Of a stretch of 28,517 nt of DNA, positions 1 to 7,489 are shown piece by piece; the stretch's first letter is position 1; the number at the start of each line of letters is the position of its first letter. Below the pieces are notes generated by a model. It did no database searches. It was not told the DNA's origin and saw only the letters and a list, made by a program, of their open reading frames with translations. The position numbers were made by a program, and so were the translations under genes. Source of the stretch: a virus (Duplodnaviria > Caudoviricetes); IMG/VR virus record IMGVR_UViG_3300007094_000038, positions 1-28,517 of that record. One strand, written 5' to 3'.

Positions 1-174
1 ATAATCCAAAACCCTATGATGACAGACAAGCAAATTGCTTTGGTGCTTGGTAGGGAGTGGAAAAATGTCCATGCATTTAGGCGAAGGCAAAAGCTTTATA
101 AATCTGAAGAGTTTCACCAAATGGTAAAGAAAGACAATGTAAAGCTTGGGGGGGGCAGACCAGTAAAAAAATGA
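1..174 (+). CDS. 5'-truncated small protein, HTH-like
   Basis: Not in ORF track. Frame 1 is open from base 1: IIQNPMMTDKQIALVLGREWKNVHAFRRRQKLYKSEEFHQMVKKDNVKLGGGRPVKK*. TDKQIALVLGR..KNV is an HTH-like pattern. Its TGA overlaps the methyltransferase ATG (ATGA). Confidence 0.65.
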   Translation: MIQNPMMTDKQIALVLGREWKNVHAFRRRQKLYKSEEFHQMVKKDNVKLGGGRPVKK

Positions 175-1448
175 ATGTGCTATCCTTATTTGATGGAATG
201 AGTTGTGGTCAACTTGCCATCAATCGGGTTGGGTTATCTTATGACAATTATTTTGCAAGTGAGGTTGATAAGTATGCAATGAAAGTGACAATGGCAAACT
301 TTCCCAACACCATTCAAATCGGAGATGTGAGAGAGGTCAAAGTCTCCCTCTTCTCTAATACTCCAATCACTTTGATGATGGGTGGCTCACCTTGTCAATC
401 CTTCTCTTTTGCCGGTAAAAGAAAAGGAATGTCAACAAAGGACAACATTGAAATTCTATCACTTGACCAATACCTTGAACTAAAGCAAAACAACTTTGAG
501 TTTGAAGGTCAATCGTATTTGTTTTGGGAATATATAAGATTACTCAATGAGGTCAAGCCAAAATATTTCTTGCTTGAGAATGTGATGATGGAAGAAAGAT
601 GGGAGAAAGTGATAACCAAGACAATTGGGGTACACCCATTGGAAATCAATTCAAGTTTGGTGTCAGCACAAAATAGGAGAAGGCTTTACTGGACAAACAT
701 AGGTCTTGAGCCAAAAGGATTGTTTGGTGACCTTGAACAAACAATTGTTCAGCCGAAAGAAAAGGGAATATTGCTGAAAGATATATTGGAGGATAACCCA
801 AATGCAAAACATTATTTAAGTAAAAAAATGTTAAACTATTTATATGAAAAAGATGCAAAAAGTAAATCAGAAAAATATGGGCATTTTTTCAAGCCAACTT
901 ATGGTAATAAAAAAGCTTTTGCATTAAGAACAAAACAAAACAAAATTGATAGTGATTACATTATAGATGAGAAATATTATTTGAGTGAAAGGATGTTAAA
1001 AGGTTTAAAATTAAACAAGAATGATTTTGGTGTTCTGAATGAATCAAAAGAGTCACATAACCAACAACCATTCCAACAAAATCGCATTTATGACATCAAT
1101 GGGATATCTCCACCCTTACAAACTCAATTGCGTAACCCAAGTCATATGATATTAGATTTAAATGAAAATCAAAAAAATAAATTTGATATTAATGTTGATA
1201 CTGATAAACATAATTGCTTAACAACTGCGATAGGAAGAGCTGGTTCATCTTCAGAGTATATGAATAGTGTATCAAAAATTGCAAAATTGACATCAAGGAT
1301 TAGGAGGTTGACCCCGGTGGAATGTGAAAGATTGCAAACAGTTCCCGATAATTACACCAACCATGTAAGCGACTCCCAAAGGTATAAGATGCTTGGCAAT
1401 GGATGGACTATTGATGTGATTGCCCACATTTTAAAGCATATGAAATGA
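171..1448 (+). CDS. DNA (cytosine-5)-methyltransferase
   Basis: C5-MTase motifs in canonical order: VLSLFDGMSCG (I), GGSPCQSFS (IV, catalytic PC), LLENV (VI), QNRRRLYW (VIII), RRLTPVECERLQ (IX), YKMLGNGW (X). Confidence 0.96.
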   Translation: MNVLSLFDGMSCGQLAINRVGLSYDNYFASEVDKYAMKVTMANFPNTIQIGDVREVKVSLFSNTPITLMMGGSPCQSFSFAGKRKGMSTKDNIEILSLDQYLELKQNNFEFEGQSYLFWEYIRLLNEVKPKYFLLENVMMEERWEKVITKTIGVHPLEINSSLVSAQNRRRLYWTNIGLEPKGLFGDLEQTIVQPKEKGILLKDILEDNPNAKHYLSKKMLNYLYEKDAKSKSEKYGHFFKPTYGNKKAFALRTKQNKIDSDYIIDEKYYLSERMLKGLKLNKNDFGVLNESKESHNQQPFQQNRIYDINGISPPLQTQLRNPSHMILDLNENQKNKFDINVDTDKHNCLTTAIGRAGSSSEYMNSVSKIAKLTSRIRRLTPVECERLQTVPDNYTNHVSDSQRYKMLGNGWTIDVIAHILKHMK

Positions 1449-1897
1449 CTATTGAGCAAAGCAACCAAGCAACCCAAAAGGTTTATGATATAATGGAACA
1501 AAAAGGTTTATATTGCTTTCCATTCAATGATGAGTTTTCTTTGATTGATGGTATAATTATAAAGCAAGACAAAGTTGTTGGATTATATGAGTTAAAGGTT
1601 AGGGATATAAATTACTTTGAACTTCAAAGCACTTTTGACAATGACCTTTTAATAAGCAAAAACAAAATTGATACTGGTATTAAAGTTGCTCAATTAATTT
1701 CTACCAAATTTGTCATCTTGCTCCATACATTAAAGGATGGTAGGACATTCATAAAAAGTATAACAGATGAGAAAGGAAACCTTAATTGTTCCTATGACCT
1801 TTATAATACAAAAACAAACAAAAAGATTTATGGGGGTGGTCAAGTAACAAGGGAAAACTATTTTATCACAATGGATAATTTGTATGAGGTTAAATAA
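1445..1897 (+). CDS. putative PD-(D/E)XK nuclease-fold protein
   Basis: FSLIDGII...GLYELKVR matches the (P)D...ExK core. ATGA overlap with the MTase. Confidence 0.6.
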   Translation: MTIEQSNQATQKVYDIMEQKGLYCFPFNDEFSLIDGIIIKQDKVVGLYELKVRDINYFELQSTFDNDLLISKNKIDTGIKVAQLISTKFVILLHTLKDGRTFIKSITDEKGNLNCSYDLYNTKTNKKIYGGGQVTRENYFITMDNLYEVK

Positions 1898-1960
1898 CCT
1901 ATACCCTAAAGGTTACAAAAAATCAAATAGTGGTAGTATTAGTACCTTAATAGGTATAAT

Positions 1961-3034
1961 TTAAATCACAACTCCATCTTGGATTTGAAAAGCTGACACG
2001 GTAAAATTTCCATCATCATGCAAGTCAACGGTAGCACCCCCTTGAGTCCATTGGTTTAACACACCGGTGTATCTTGGTTTCAAATAACACAAACAACCAA
2101 TTGCCCAAGCACTATGAACCTCATCAGCCAAATTTCTTGATGAGTCATTTTGGTTTTTATGCCAATGACCAAACATAACATTGACCCCTACCCTCATCCT
2201 TACTTGTCTTGCTATGTTGACCGTTCCACTTTTCAAACCAAGTTCATGCCCATGAGCAATCCATAGTTTGCCAAACTTTGCAACCTTATGCTCCGGGACA
2301 TACTGAATGTCATACTTATCAAACTGCAATTGGGTTGGTATGTCCATTCCATAAAGGTTAGCCAAATCCTCACACTTGGTATTTATGTATGATTGAAAAC
2401 GCTTTTCATGGTTGCCATCTTTCCAGTAAATGGGAATGTTTGGAAACATTTTTCTCATTGATTCCAAAAACTTTCTACCCACCTCAATCTCATCCTTTAA
2501 AAACTTACCGGTGGGCATTTTCTCAAAACGGCTAACCTCTTCCATATCCATGATATCACCATTTAAATAAATGCCATCAACACCCCTTTTTTTAAACTCA
2601 CTAAAACAAGCCCTAACACCATAAGGGCAATGGTAAGGTAAATGAATATCATTGCAAACACCAAGCCGTTTAATGCCTTGTATGATTACCGGCTCATTGA
2701 CTTCAGACCATGAATTTGGAAAATCAATAAGATAGCCAAGTGGGTCATTGAAATCGGGCAATACCTCTGCATCCTCATTGTAAAATATTTTTGCCTCTTC
2801 AAGGTTTTTCTCTATGCTTTTTGCAATATCATTGATGTCAACTTTTTCCTTCCAGTTTGGAATGTTACCACTCCTTGCCCTTTGTATGTAAGTCTTTAAG
2901 CTATCAAAACTTATTTCTACTTGGGGCATAAGAATTTTGAAAACCTTTGATGCTTCATTATTGCTTAAATTGGATGTTAAGCCCTCTTTGTCGCTTTTAA
3001 TAATCCACTCACTTACTTGCCTTGACAAACTCAT
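1961..3034 (-). CDS. calcineurin-like metallophosphoesterase with N-terminal extension (possible HTH)
   Basis: All five motifs present: NDIHLP (DxH), NGDIMD (GDxxD), DGNHE, AHGH, FGHWH. About 120 extra N-terminal residues. Confidence 0.9.
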   Translation of the reverse strand: MSLSRQVSEWIIKSDKEGLTSNLSNNEASKVFKILMPQVEISFDSLKTYIQRARSGNIPNWKEKVDINDIAKSIEKNLEEAKIFYNEDAEVLPDFNDPLGYLIDFPNSWSEVNEPVIIQGIKRLGVCNDIHLPYHCPYGVRACFSEFKKRGVDGIYLNGDIMDMEEVSRFEKMPTGKFLKDEIEVGRKFLESMRKMFPNIPIYWKDGNHEKRFQSYINTKCEDLANLYGMDIPTQLQFDKYDIQYVPEHKVAKFGKLWIAHGHELGLKSGTVNIARQVRMRVGVNVMFGHWHKNQNDSSRNLADEVHSAWAIGCLCYLKPRYTGVLNQWTQGGATVDLHDDGNFTVSAFQIQDGVVI

Positions 3035-3383
3035 ATATTTCTTGGATTAGGTAACCAAATAGGTAAGCGTATGACTCTTCAGAACTTGAGTTGAACCTTT
3101 GCCCGATGTATTTGTTATGCCACATGACAACATGGAAAACCTCATGTGCAATGGTGTTTAGGTCTGTTGCTCTGAATACTATAAGCCAATGACCGGGCAA
3201 ATTATATTCTAATTCATATGATGATGCAACTGCTGAATTAGAAATTTCAAAATCATCTACTTTAAACCTTTGGTTTTTGTTTCTTGATTTGTTTAATTTT
3301 TTAACAATGTCCAATGGCTTTGCATTCACAAAAATGTGCAATGTAAAAGGCAAGTGGTTGAGGACTATTTTTTTATATTTCAC
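3009..3383 (-). CDS. small zincin-like (HEXXH) metallopeptidase
   Basis: TIAHEVFHVV followed by downstream EESYAY (third ligand Glu). GTG start; overlaps the phosphoesterase start. Confidence 0.7.
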   Translation of the reverse strand: MKYKKIVLNHLPFTLHIFVNAKPLDIVKKLNKSRNKNQRFKVDDFEISNSAVASSYELEYNLPGHWLIVFRATDLNTIAHEVFHVVMWHNKYIGQRFNSSSEESYAYLFGYLIQEIYEFVKASK

Positions 3384-3438
3384 TTTGGTAAAGGTAAAGG
3401 GGTGTAGAAAAGAATGGATATAACCCTACTACTTTCAT
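3373..3438 (-). CDS. possible leaderless 21-aa upstream ORF (MKVVGLYPFFSTPLYLYQSEI)
   Basis: ATG sits 3 nt after the minus-strand TATATTTG box. Its end overlaps the GTG start of the HEXXH gene. Confidence 0.3.
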   Translation of the reverse strand: MKVVGLYPFFSTPLYLYQSEI

Positions 3439-3441
3439 GTC

Positions 3442-3449
3442 CAAATATA
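3442..3449 (-). promoter_or_regulatory. Bacteroidota-type -7 promoter element (TATATTTG)
   Basis: CAAATATA on + is TAnnTTTG on -, intergenic, facing the minus-strand HEXXH/phosphoesterase operon. Confidence 0.6.
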
Positions 3450-3484
3450 GCCACAAGAAATTGAATTGATATATACTTTTACCA

Positions 3485-3595
3485 TGTATTGTTGGAGATA
3501 CACAAAAAAAATAAGGGTTGCCCATCTAACCCAAAGGGATGCTTACCATATCCCAACCCCCATTGTGACTCCAACCACTTTGGGGGTTTCTTTTT
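3485..3595 (+). ncRNA. putative structured leader RNA / attenuator (4 hairpins, last is terminator-like)
   Basis: Stems TGTAT/ATACA (3485-3502), GGGTT/AACCC (3515-3532), GGGAT/ATCCC (3536-3554), AACCCCCA..GTG/CAC..TGGGGGTT (3555-3588), then TCTTTTT. Loops of hairpins 1 and 4 are complementary. Confidence 0.55.
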
Positions 3596-3612
3596 GACCA
3601 AAAAATAATAAG

Positions 3613-3771
3613 ATGATAAACCACACATTGAAATTTGGAAAGTACAAAGGGATGTCTGTAAGGGATGTGATGACCACAAAAGAGGGTAGGCAATACCTAC
3701 TTTGGTTGGCTGACAAAGGCATTGTAAAAAAGGATTTGAAAAGGCTTATCTATACTTTAATCCATCAATGA
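3613..3771 (+). CDS. 52-aa FGKYKG-motif protein (DUF3820-like)
   Basis: Not in ORF track. MINHTLKFGKYKGMSVRDVMTTKEGRQYLLWLADKGIVKKDLKRLIYTLIHQ*; FGKYKG...YLxW signature. Stop is 1 nt before the initiator ATG. Confidence 0.8.
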   Translation: MINHTLKFGKYKGMSVRDVMTTKEGRQYLLWLADKGIVKKDLKRLIYTLIHQ

Positions 3772-3772
3772 A

Positions 3773-4516
3773 ATGGAGCAAGGCTATATAAAATTGTACC
3801 GGCAAATGTGGGACAAAGGATGGTCTAAACATCCCAACTATGTGGCAGTATGGGTGTATCTCTTGAAAGAAGCAACACACGAACCGAGGGAATACTTTTG
3901 GAATGGCAAAACCATTGTCCTTCAAGAGGGTGAATTTATTACTGGCAGAAAAAAAATAAGCGAAGAAACCGGAGTCAATGAAAGTTCAGTTGAAAGAATA
4001 CTCAATTACTTCAAAAACGAACAACAAATTGAACAACGAAAAACAACCACAAGCCGTTTAATATCAATATGTAATTGGAACAAATTCCAAAAGGGTGAAC
4101 AACCTTTTGAACAACGAATGAACAACGAGCGAACAACGAATGAACAACGGCTGAACACTAAACAAGAATGTAATAATGTAATAAGTAATATATATAGTCA
4201 AGATTGCAAAAAATTGGTTGACTTCATAAACCAAACCTTTGAAAAACGCTTTAGGGTTGGGGACAAAATTGTATCACACTACAAAGCAAGGCTAATTAAA
4301 GACAAGGTGACCAAGCAAGAAATCTTTGATGTCATACAAAACCTAAAGGCTACCCAATACCACATTGAAACCGGTTATAAATATTGCACACCCGAATTTA
4401 TTCTAAGATTAACCACAATTGAAAAATACAAACACGGTGCATTGAACCAAACCAAGCAACAAACAAACCAACCCGATTCTAAACCAAATTTAATGGATGA
4501 CTTCTATGGAGATTAA
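3773..4516 (+). CDS. phage replication initiator / replisome organizer
   Basis: N-terminal GYIKLYR...winged-helix-like region typical of phage initiators, central iteron-encoded linker, C-terminal KYCTPEFILR...EKY motif. Directly upstream of the helicase. Confidence 0.8.
   Translation: MEQGYIKLYRQMWDKGWSKHPNYVAVWVYLLKEATHEPREYFWNGKTIVLQEGEFITGRKKISEETGVNESSVERILNYFKNEQQIEQRKTTTSRLISICNWNKFQKGEQPFEQRMNNERTTNEQRLNTKQECNNVISNIYSQDCKKLVDFINQTFEKRFRVGDKIVSHYKARLIKDKVTKQEIFDVIQNLKATQYHIETGYKYCTPEFILRLTTIEKYKHGALNQTKQQTNQPDSKPNLMDDFYGD
4097..4198 (+). repeat. iteron array + AT-rich tract: putative replication origin
   Basis: GAACAAC at 4097, 4109, 4120, 4131, 4142 and GAACAC at 4153 (11-12 bp period), with two more copies at 4019 and 4031. 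Followed by TAATAATGTAATAAGTAATATATATAGT (4171-4198). Confidence 0.7.
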
Positions 4517-5864
4517 ACAACAACCCTATGCATTAGATGTTGAAATAAATATTCTTTCAGCACTATTGACCTACCCAAACATAAGGGAAGAGATTCCTTT
4601 TTTGAAACCCGAACACTTTTATGATGACAAACACCAATTGATTTACTCATCCATACTGGTTGTTGAAGCCGTAAATATTCCATCAGTCCACCAATACCTA
4701 AAAGCCAACAAGCTTTTGGAAAAAGCCGGTGGTTTGCAATACCTCATATCCCTCACGACCCATTACCTAAATATGGCAAGTGTTGAATACTTTGCAAGAA
4801 TACTTCAACAATTTTTCATTAAAAGGGAAATGATAAGGGTAGCACAAGAAACAATTACACAAGCTTATGACCCAACAACAGATTGCTTTGAGATACTGGA
4901 TGACTATAGCTTGAACATGGAACGAATAAATAACATCTTTGAGCCAACAAGTTCAATAGCCAACATCATAAGCAACAAGGAAAATGAGATTCCATTTCTA
5001 AACCAATCCTTGAGTGGTGAAATTAAAAGTGGATTAAGCACCGGGTTTGAAGACCTTGACAAACACTTTAGATTCAAACCAAATTCTTTTGTAATCATCA
5101 ATGGGCATGACAATGTTGGCAAAACCTATATAATGCTTTTTCTTGCAGTTGTAAGCAACCACCTTCATAACTGGAAATGGATTTTGTGTTGCATGGAAAA
5201 CCAAGAGGGTAGGATTAGACAAGACCTAATGCAGTTCAAAAGTGGTAAGCATATCAGCAAAATGACTGAAACAGAATACCAAGTTTATTACAAATGGGCA
5301 ACTGATAACTTTACCATTCTACGCATTCAAACTGAAATGGGTGCCGATAGGCTTTTACAAATAGCCTCAAAGCTTTGCAAACAATCACACTATGATGCTT
5401 TTTTTATTGACCCTTACAATGCCCTTGATATTACCATAAAGGATAAATGGATGTCAAGCCATGAATACCATTACCAAGTGACAAACAGAATGAGGAACTT
5501 TATAAAAAAACACAATTGTTGCATCTACCTTTCAACCCATGCAGTTACAGAAGCCTTGAGAAAAATCCATACAAGTGGCAACTATAATGGTTTTCCTATG
5601 CCCCCACAAAAAGCAGATGTTGAGGGTGGTGGTAAATTCTCAAACCGTGCTGATGACTTTATAACCATTCACCGGTACCTACAACATACAACAGACTTCA
5701 ACCAAACCCATATACACATCAGAAAAATAAAAGACACACAAACCGGTGGCAGACCTACCACCATTGATGACCCGGTAAAGCTTCAAGTTCAAAAAGGATA
5801 TTTTGGATTTTTTGACATGGATGGCAAGAGTCCAATACTATCTTTGCCTAAAAACCCATTTTAA
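4506..5864 (+). CDS. dnaB: replicative SF4 (DnaB-family) helicase
   Basis: DnaB N-terminal-like domain (PYALDVEINILSALL...LKPEHFYDDKHQLIY), GLSTGFEDLD, Walker A GHDNVGKT, Walker B FFIDPYN. Start could be 4497 or 4506. Confidence 0.88.
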   Translation: MEIKQQPYALDVEINILSALLTYPNIREEIPFLKPEHFYDDKHQLIYSSILVVEAVNIPSVHQYLKANKLLEKAGGLQYLISLTTHYLNMASVEYFARILQQFFIKREMIRVAQETITQAYDPTTDCFEILDDYSLNMERINNIFEPTSSIANIISNKENEIPFLNQSLSGEIKSGLSTGFEDLDKHFRFKPNSFVIINGHDNVGKTYIMLFLAVVSNHLHNWKWILCCMENQEGRIRQDLMQFKSGKHISKMTETEYQVYYKWATDNFTILRIQTEMGADRLLQIASKLCKQSHYDAFFIDPYNALDITIKDKWMSSHEYHYQVTNRMRNFIKKHNCCIYLSTHAVTEALRKIHTSGNYNGFPMPPQKADVEGGGKFSNRADDFITIHRYLQHTTDFNQTHIHIRKIKDTQTGGRPTTIDDPVKLQVQKGYFGFFDMDGKSPILSLPKNPF

Positions 5865-6169
5865 TGACCTCTGATGCAAAAAGTCACTTTCAATTGATAC
5901 TATCCCAAGTTGAAGGTATTGAAGCCGAATATAAATTTCATAACACAAGAAAATGGAGATTTGATTATTACCACCCAAAAACAAAAACGGCTTATGAGTT
6001 TGAGGGTATTGGCTCCGTCAAATCACGGCATACATCCATTAAAGGTTATACTAATGACTGCGAAAAATACAATGAAGCACAAAAAATGGGTATAAAAGTG
6101 TACCGATTCACCACTCTAAACATCGGGCAACTGGTTGACTATTTACCCAAGCAAACACAAATCTTTTAA
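5864..6169 (+). CDS. small PD-(D/E)XK endonuclease (Vsr/DUF559-like)
   Basis: EYKFHNTRKWRFDY...AYEFEG...RHT...GYTNDCEKYNEAQKMG..VYRFT is the pattern of a widespread phage nuclease family. Confidence 0.8.
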   Translation: MTSDAKSHFQLILSQVEGIEAEYKFHNTRKWRFDYYHPKTKTAYEFEGIGSVKSRHTSIKGYTNDCEKYNEAQKMGIKVYRFTTLNIGQLVDYLPKQTQIF

Positions 6170-6177
6170 TTCTTATT

Positions 6178-6185
6178 TATCTTTG
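6178..6185 (+). promoter_or_regulatory. Bacteroidota-type -7 promoter element (TATCTTTG), probable leaderless transcript
   Basis: Exact TAnnTTTG in the short gap after the replication module; the ATG at 6189 follows after 3 nt. Confidence 0.6.
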
Positions 6186-6188
6186 GGT

Positions 6189-6449
6189 ATGGCAAAAATC
6201 ACAAGGTCACAAACCAAAGACAAAAAGTATGCAGTTGAATATAAAGGCAAAACAATAAACTTTGGTGCTAAAGGTTATAGAATAAAACCCGGTACTGATG
6301 CCGGAGATAGCTATTGTGCAAGGTCATCAGCAATTAAAGGGGCTAATGACCCATCAAGTGCCAACTATTGGGCGAGGCAGTTATGGTCTTGCAGAGGCAA
6401 AAAATCAGTAAGCAGTAAACCATTCTTTGGAAAAACTAAACTACCATAA
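6189..6449 (+). CDS. small basic conserved viral protein (DUF5754/DUF6321-like)
   Basis: KKYAV...KTINFGAKGY...SYCARS...SANYWARQLW pattern. ATG 6189 preferred over the track start at 6135. Confidence 0.6.
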   Translation: MAKITRSQTKDKKYAVEYKGKTINFGAKGYRIKPGTDAGDSYCARSSAIKGANDPSSANYWARQLWSCRGKKSVSSKPFFGKTKLP

Positions 6450-6452
6450 CCA

Positions 6453-6584
6453 ATGCCATTTGTATCAAAAGCACAACAAAGGTTTATCTGTGCAACCAAT
6501 AAGGAACTTTGCAGAGAGTTTGCCAAAAAGACTTCTAAGAGTGCATACAAGTCATTACCCGAAAAACTAAAGAAAAAGAAATGA
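6453..6584 (+). CDS. 43-aa basic phage protein
   Basis: Not in ORF track. MPFVSKAQQRFICATNKELCREFAKKTSKSAYKSLPEKLKKKK*; MPFxSKAQ...LPEK pattern seen in small phage proteins. Fills the gap and has an ATGA overlap with the next gene. Confidence 0.75.
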   Translation: MPFVSKAQQRFICATNKELCREFAKKTSKSAYKSLPEKLKKKK

Positions 6585-6775
6585 ACCAACCAATGATAGA
6601 GGTTAAGGTGAATTATACCACCAACAAAGATGAGTTTGAAAAAGAGGTGCAAGAAATAATTACTCTTGCTGACCAACTCAAAAAAAAACTTAATGAGTTG
6701 AATATTCACCTTAAGGTAAGTGAGGAACAAACCAAATCAAAGGCAGAGGTTCAACTTGAAGGTACAATATTGTAA
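6581..6775 (+). CDS. hypothetical protein (coiled-coil-like)
   Basis: 64 aa, coupled to the upstream ORF by ATGA. Confidence 0.6.
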   Translation: MNQPMIEVKVNYTTNKDEFEKEVQEIITLADQLKKKLNELNIHLKVSEEQTKSKAEVQLEGTIL

Positions 6776-6797
6776 CTATCAACAAAAAACAAAATAA

Positions 6798-7091
6798 ATG
6801 CCGTTTGTAAAAGGACAAAGTGGTAACCCAAAAGGAAAACCAGTTGGGGCTATAGGTGAGAAAACAAAGCAATGGGATGCTTTGGGTGAGGCTATCATGG
6901 GCAGACAAGCCGAAAAATTCAACAACTACCTTGATGAGTTGTGGGATGGCAATAAGAATGACAAGGCAATGGCTTCAGAACTTTATTTAAAATCTCTTGA
7001 ATACTTCAAACCAAAACAAGCAAGGACAGAGGTAAAACAAGAGGGTGTACAACAAATGGAAATAGTTATTAAACGAAAAGGTGATGAGTAA
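6798..7091 (+). CDS. terS: putative terminase small subunit (DUF5681-type N-terminus)
   Basis: MPFVKGQSGNPKGKPVGA N-terminus, C-terminal beta-strand-like tail, about 550 bp upstream of terL. Confidence 0.7.
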   Translation: MPFVKGQSGNPKGKPVGAIGEKTKQWDALGEAIMGRQAEKFNNYLDELWDGNKNDKAMASELYLKSLEYFKPKQARTEVKQEGVQQMEIVIKRKGDE

Positions 7092-7239
7092 AAGACTATT
7101 ATGGACATTGTTATTTTTCATTATAATGGTTGCCGGTCTTAGTGTTATGCTTACAGAGTTTGGTAACTTTATTTGGTTTATAATCCTATCAATTGGATTT
7201 GTTGGTTTTGTTTTTAACTTGGCAAGATATAACCAGTAG
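7084..7239 (+). CDS. 51-aa two-TM membrane protein
   Basis: Not in ORF track. MSKRLLWTLLFFIIMVAGLSVMLTEFGNFIWFIILSIGFVGFVFNLARYNQ*; overlaps the terS end and fills the gap. Confidence 0.65.
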   Translation: MSKRLLWTLLFFIIMVAGLSVMLTEFGNFIWFIILSIGFVGFVFNLARYNQ

Positions 7240-7243
7240 TGTA

Positions 7244-7489
7244 ATGGCTACCGTGCTTCAGCAAGTCTTTCAAGTTTGGATTGATAAAACCAATAAAGAT
7301 GATTTTGACCAATGGTTTGGTAAAAACATTCAGTCATTGATTGACAAGGAGCAAGACATTATCATAACCACTTGGGAAGATGGTTACCAACAAGCTTACT
7401 CTGATATGAATAAAGAGCCAAGAAATGGTTATGATGCATTAGAATGGAATTGCCATAGTTGGTATTTCAGCATAAAGGATAATGAATGA
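7244..7489 (+). CDS. hypothetical protein
   Basis: In-frame ATG at 7244 (MATVLQQ...) just after the upstream stop is preferred over 7193. Confidence 0.6.
   Translation: MATVLQQVFQVWIDKTNKDDFDQWFGKNIQSLIDKEQDIIITTWEDGYQQAYSDMNKEPRNGYDALEWNCHSWYFSIKDNE

Noticed and set aside
3485-3595. tRNA gene
   Set aside because: Hairpins are sequential with no acceptor stem closing them, and there is no T-loop GTTCRA or CCA end.
3479-3679. 66-aa minus-strand ORF and a 37-codon plus-strand ORF from 3484
   Set aside because: They overlap the structured leader and the FGKYKG gene, with no protein-like features.
4097-4158. GAACAAC repeats as a CRISPR array
   Set aside because: Repeats of 7 bp with 4-5 bp gaps inside a CDS; no spacers and no cas genes. 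They fit iterons.
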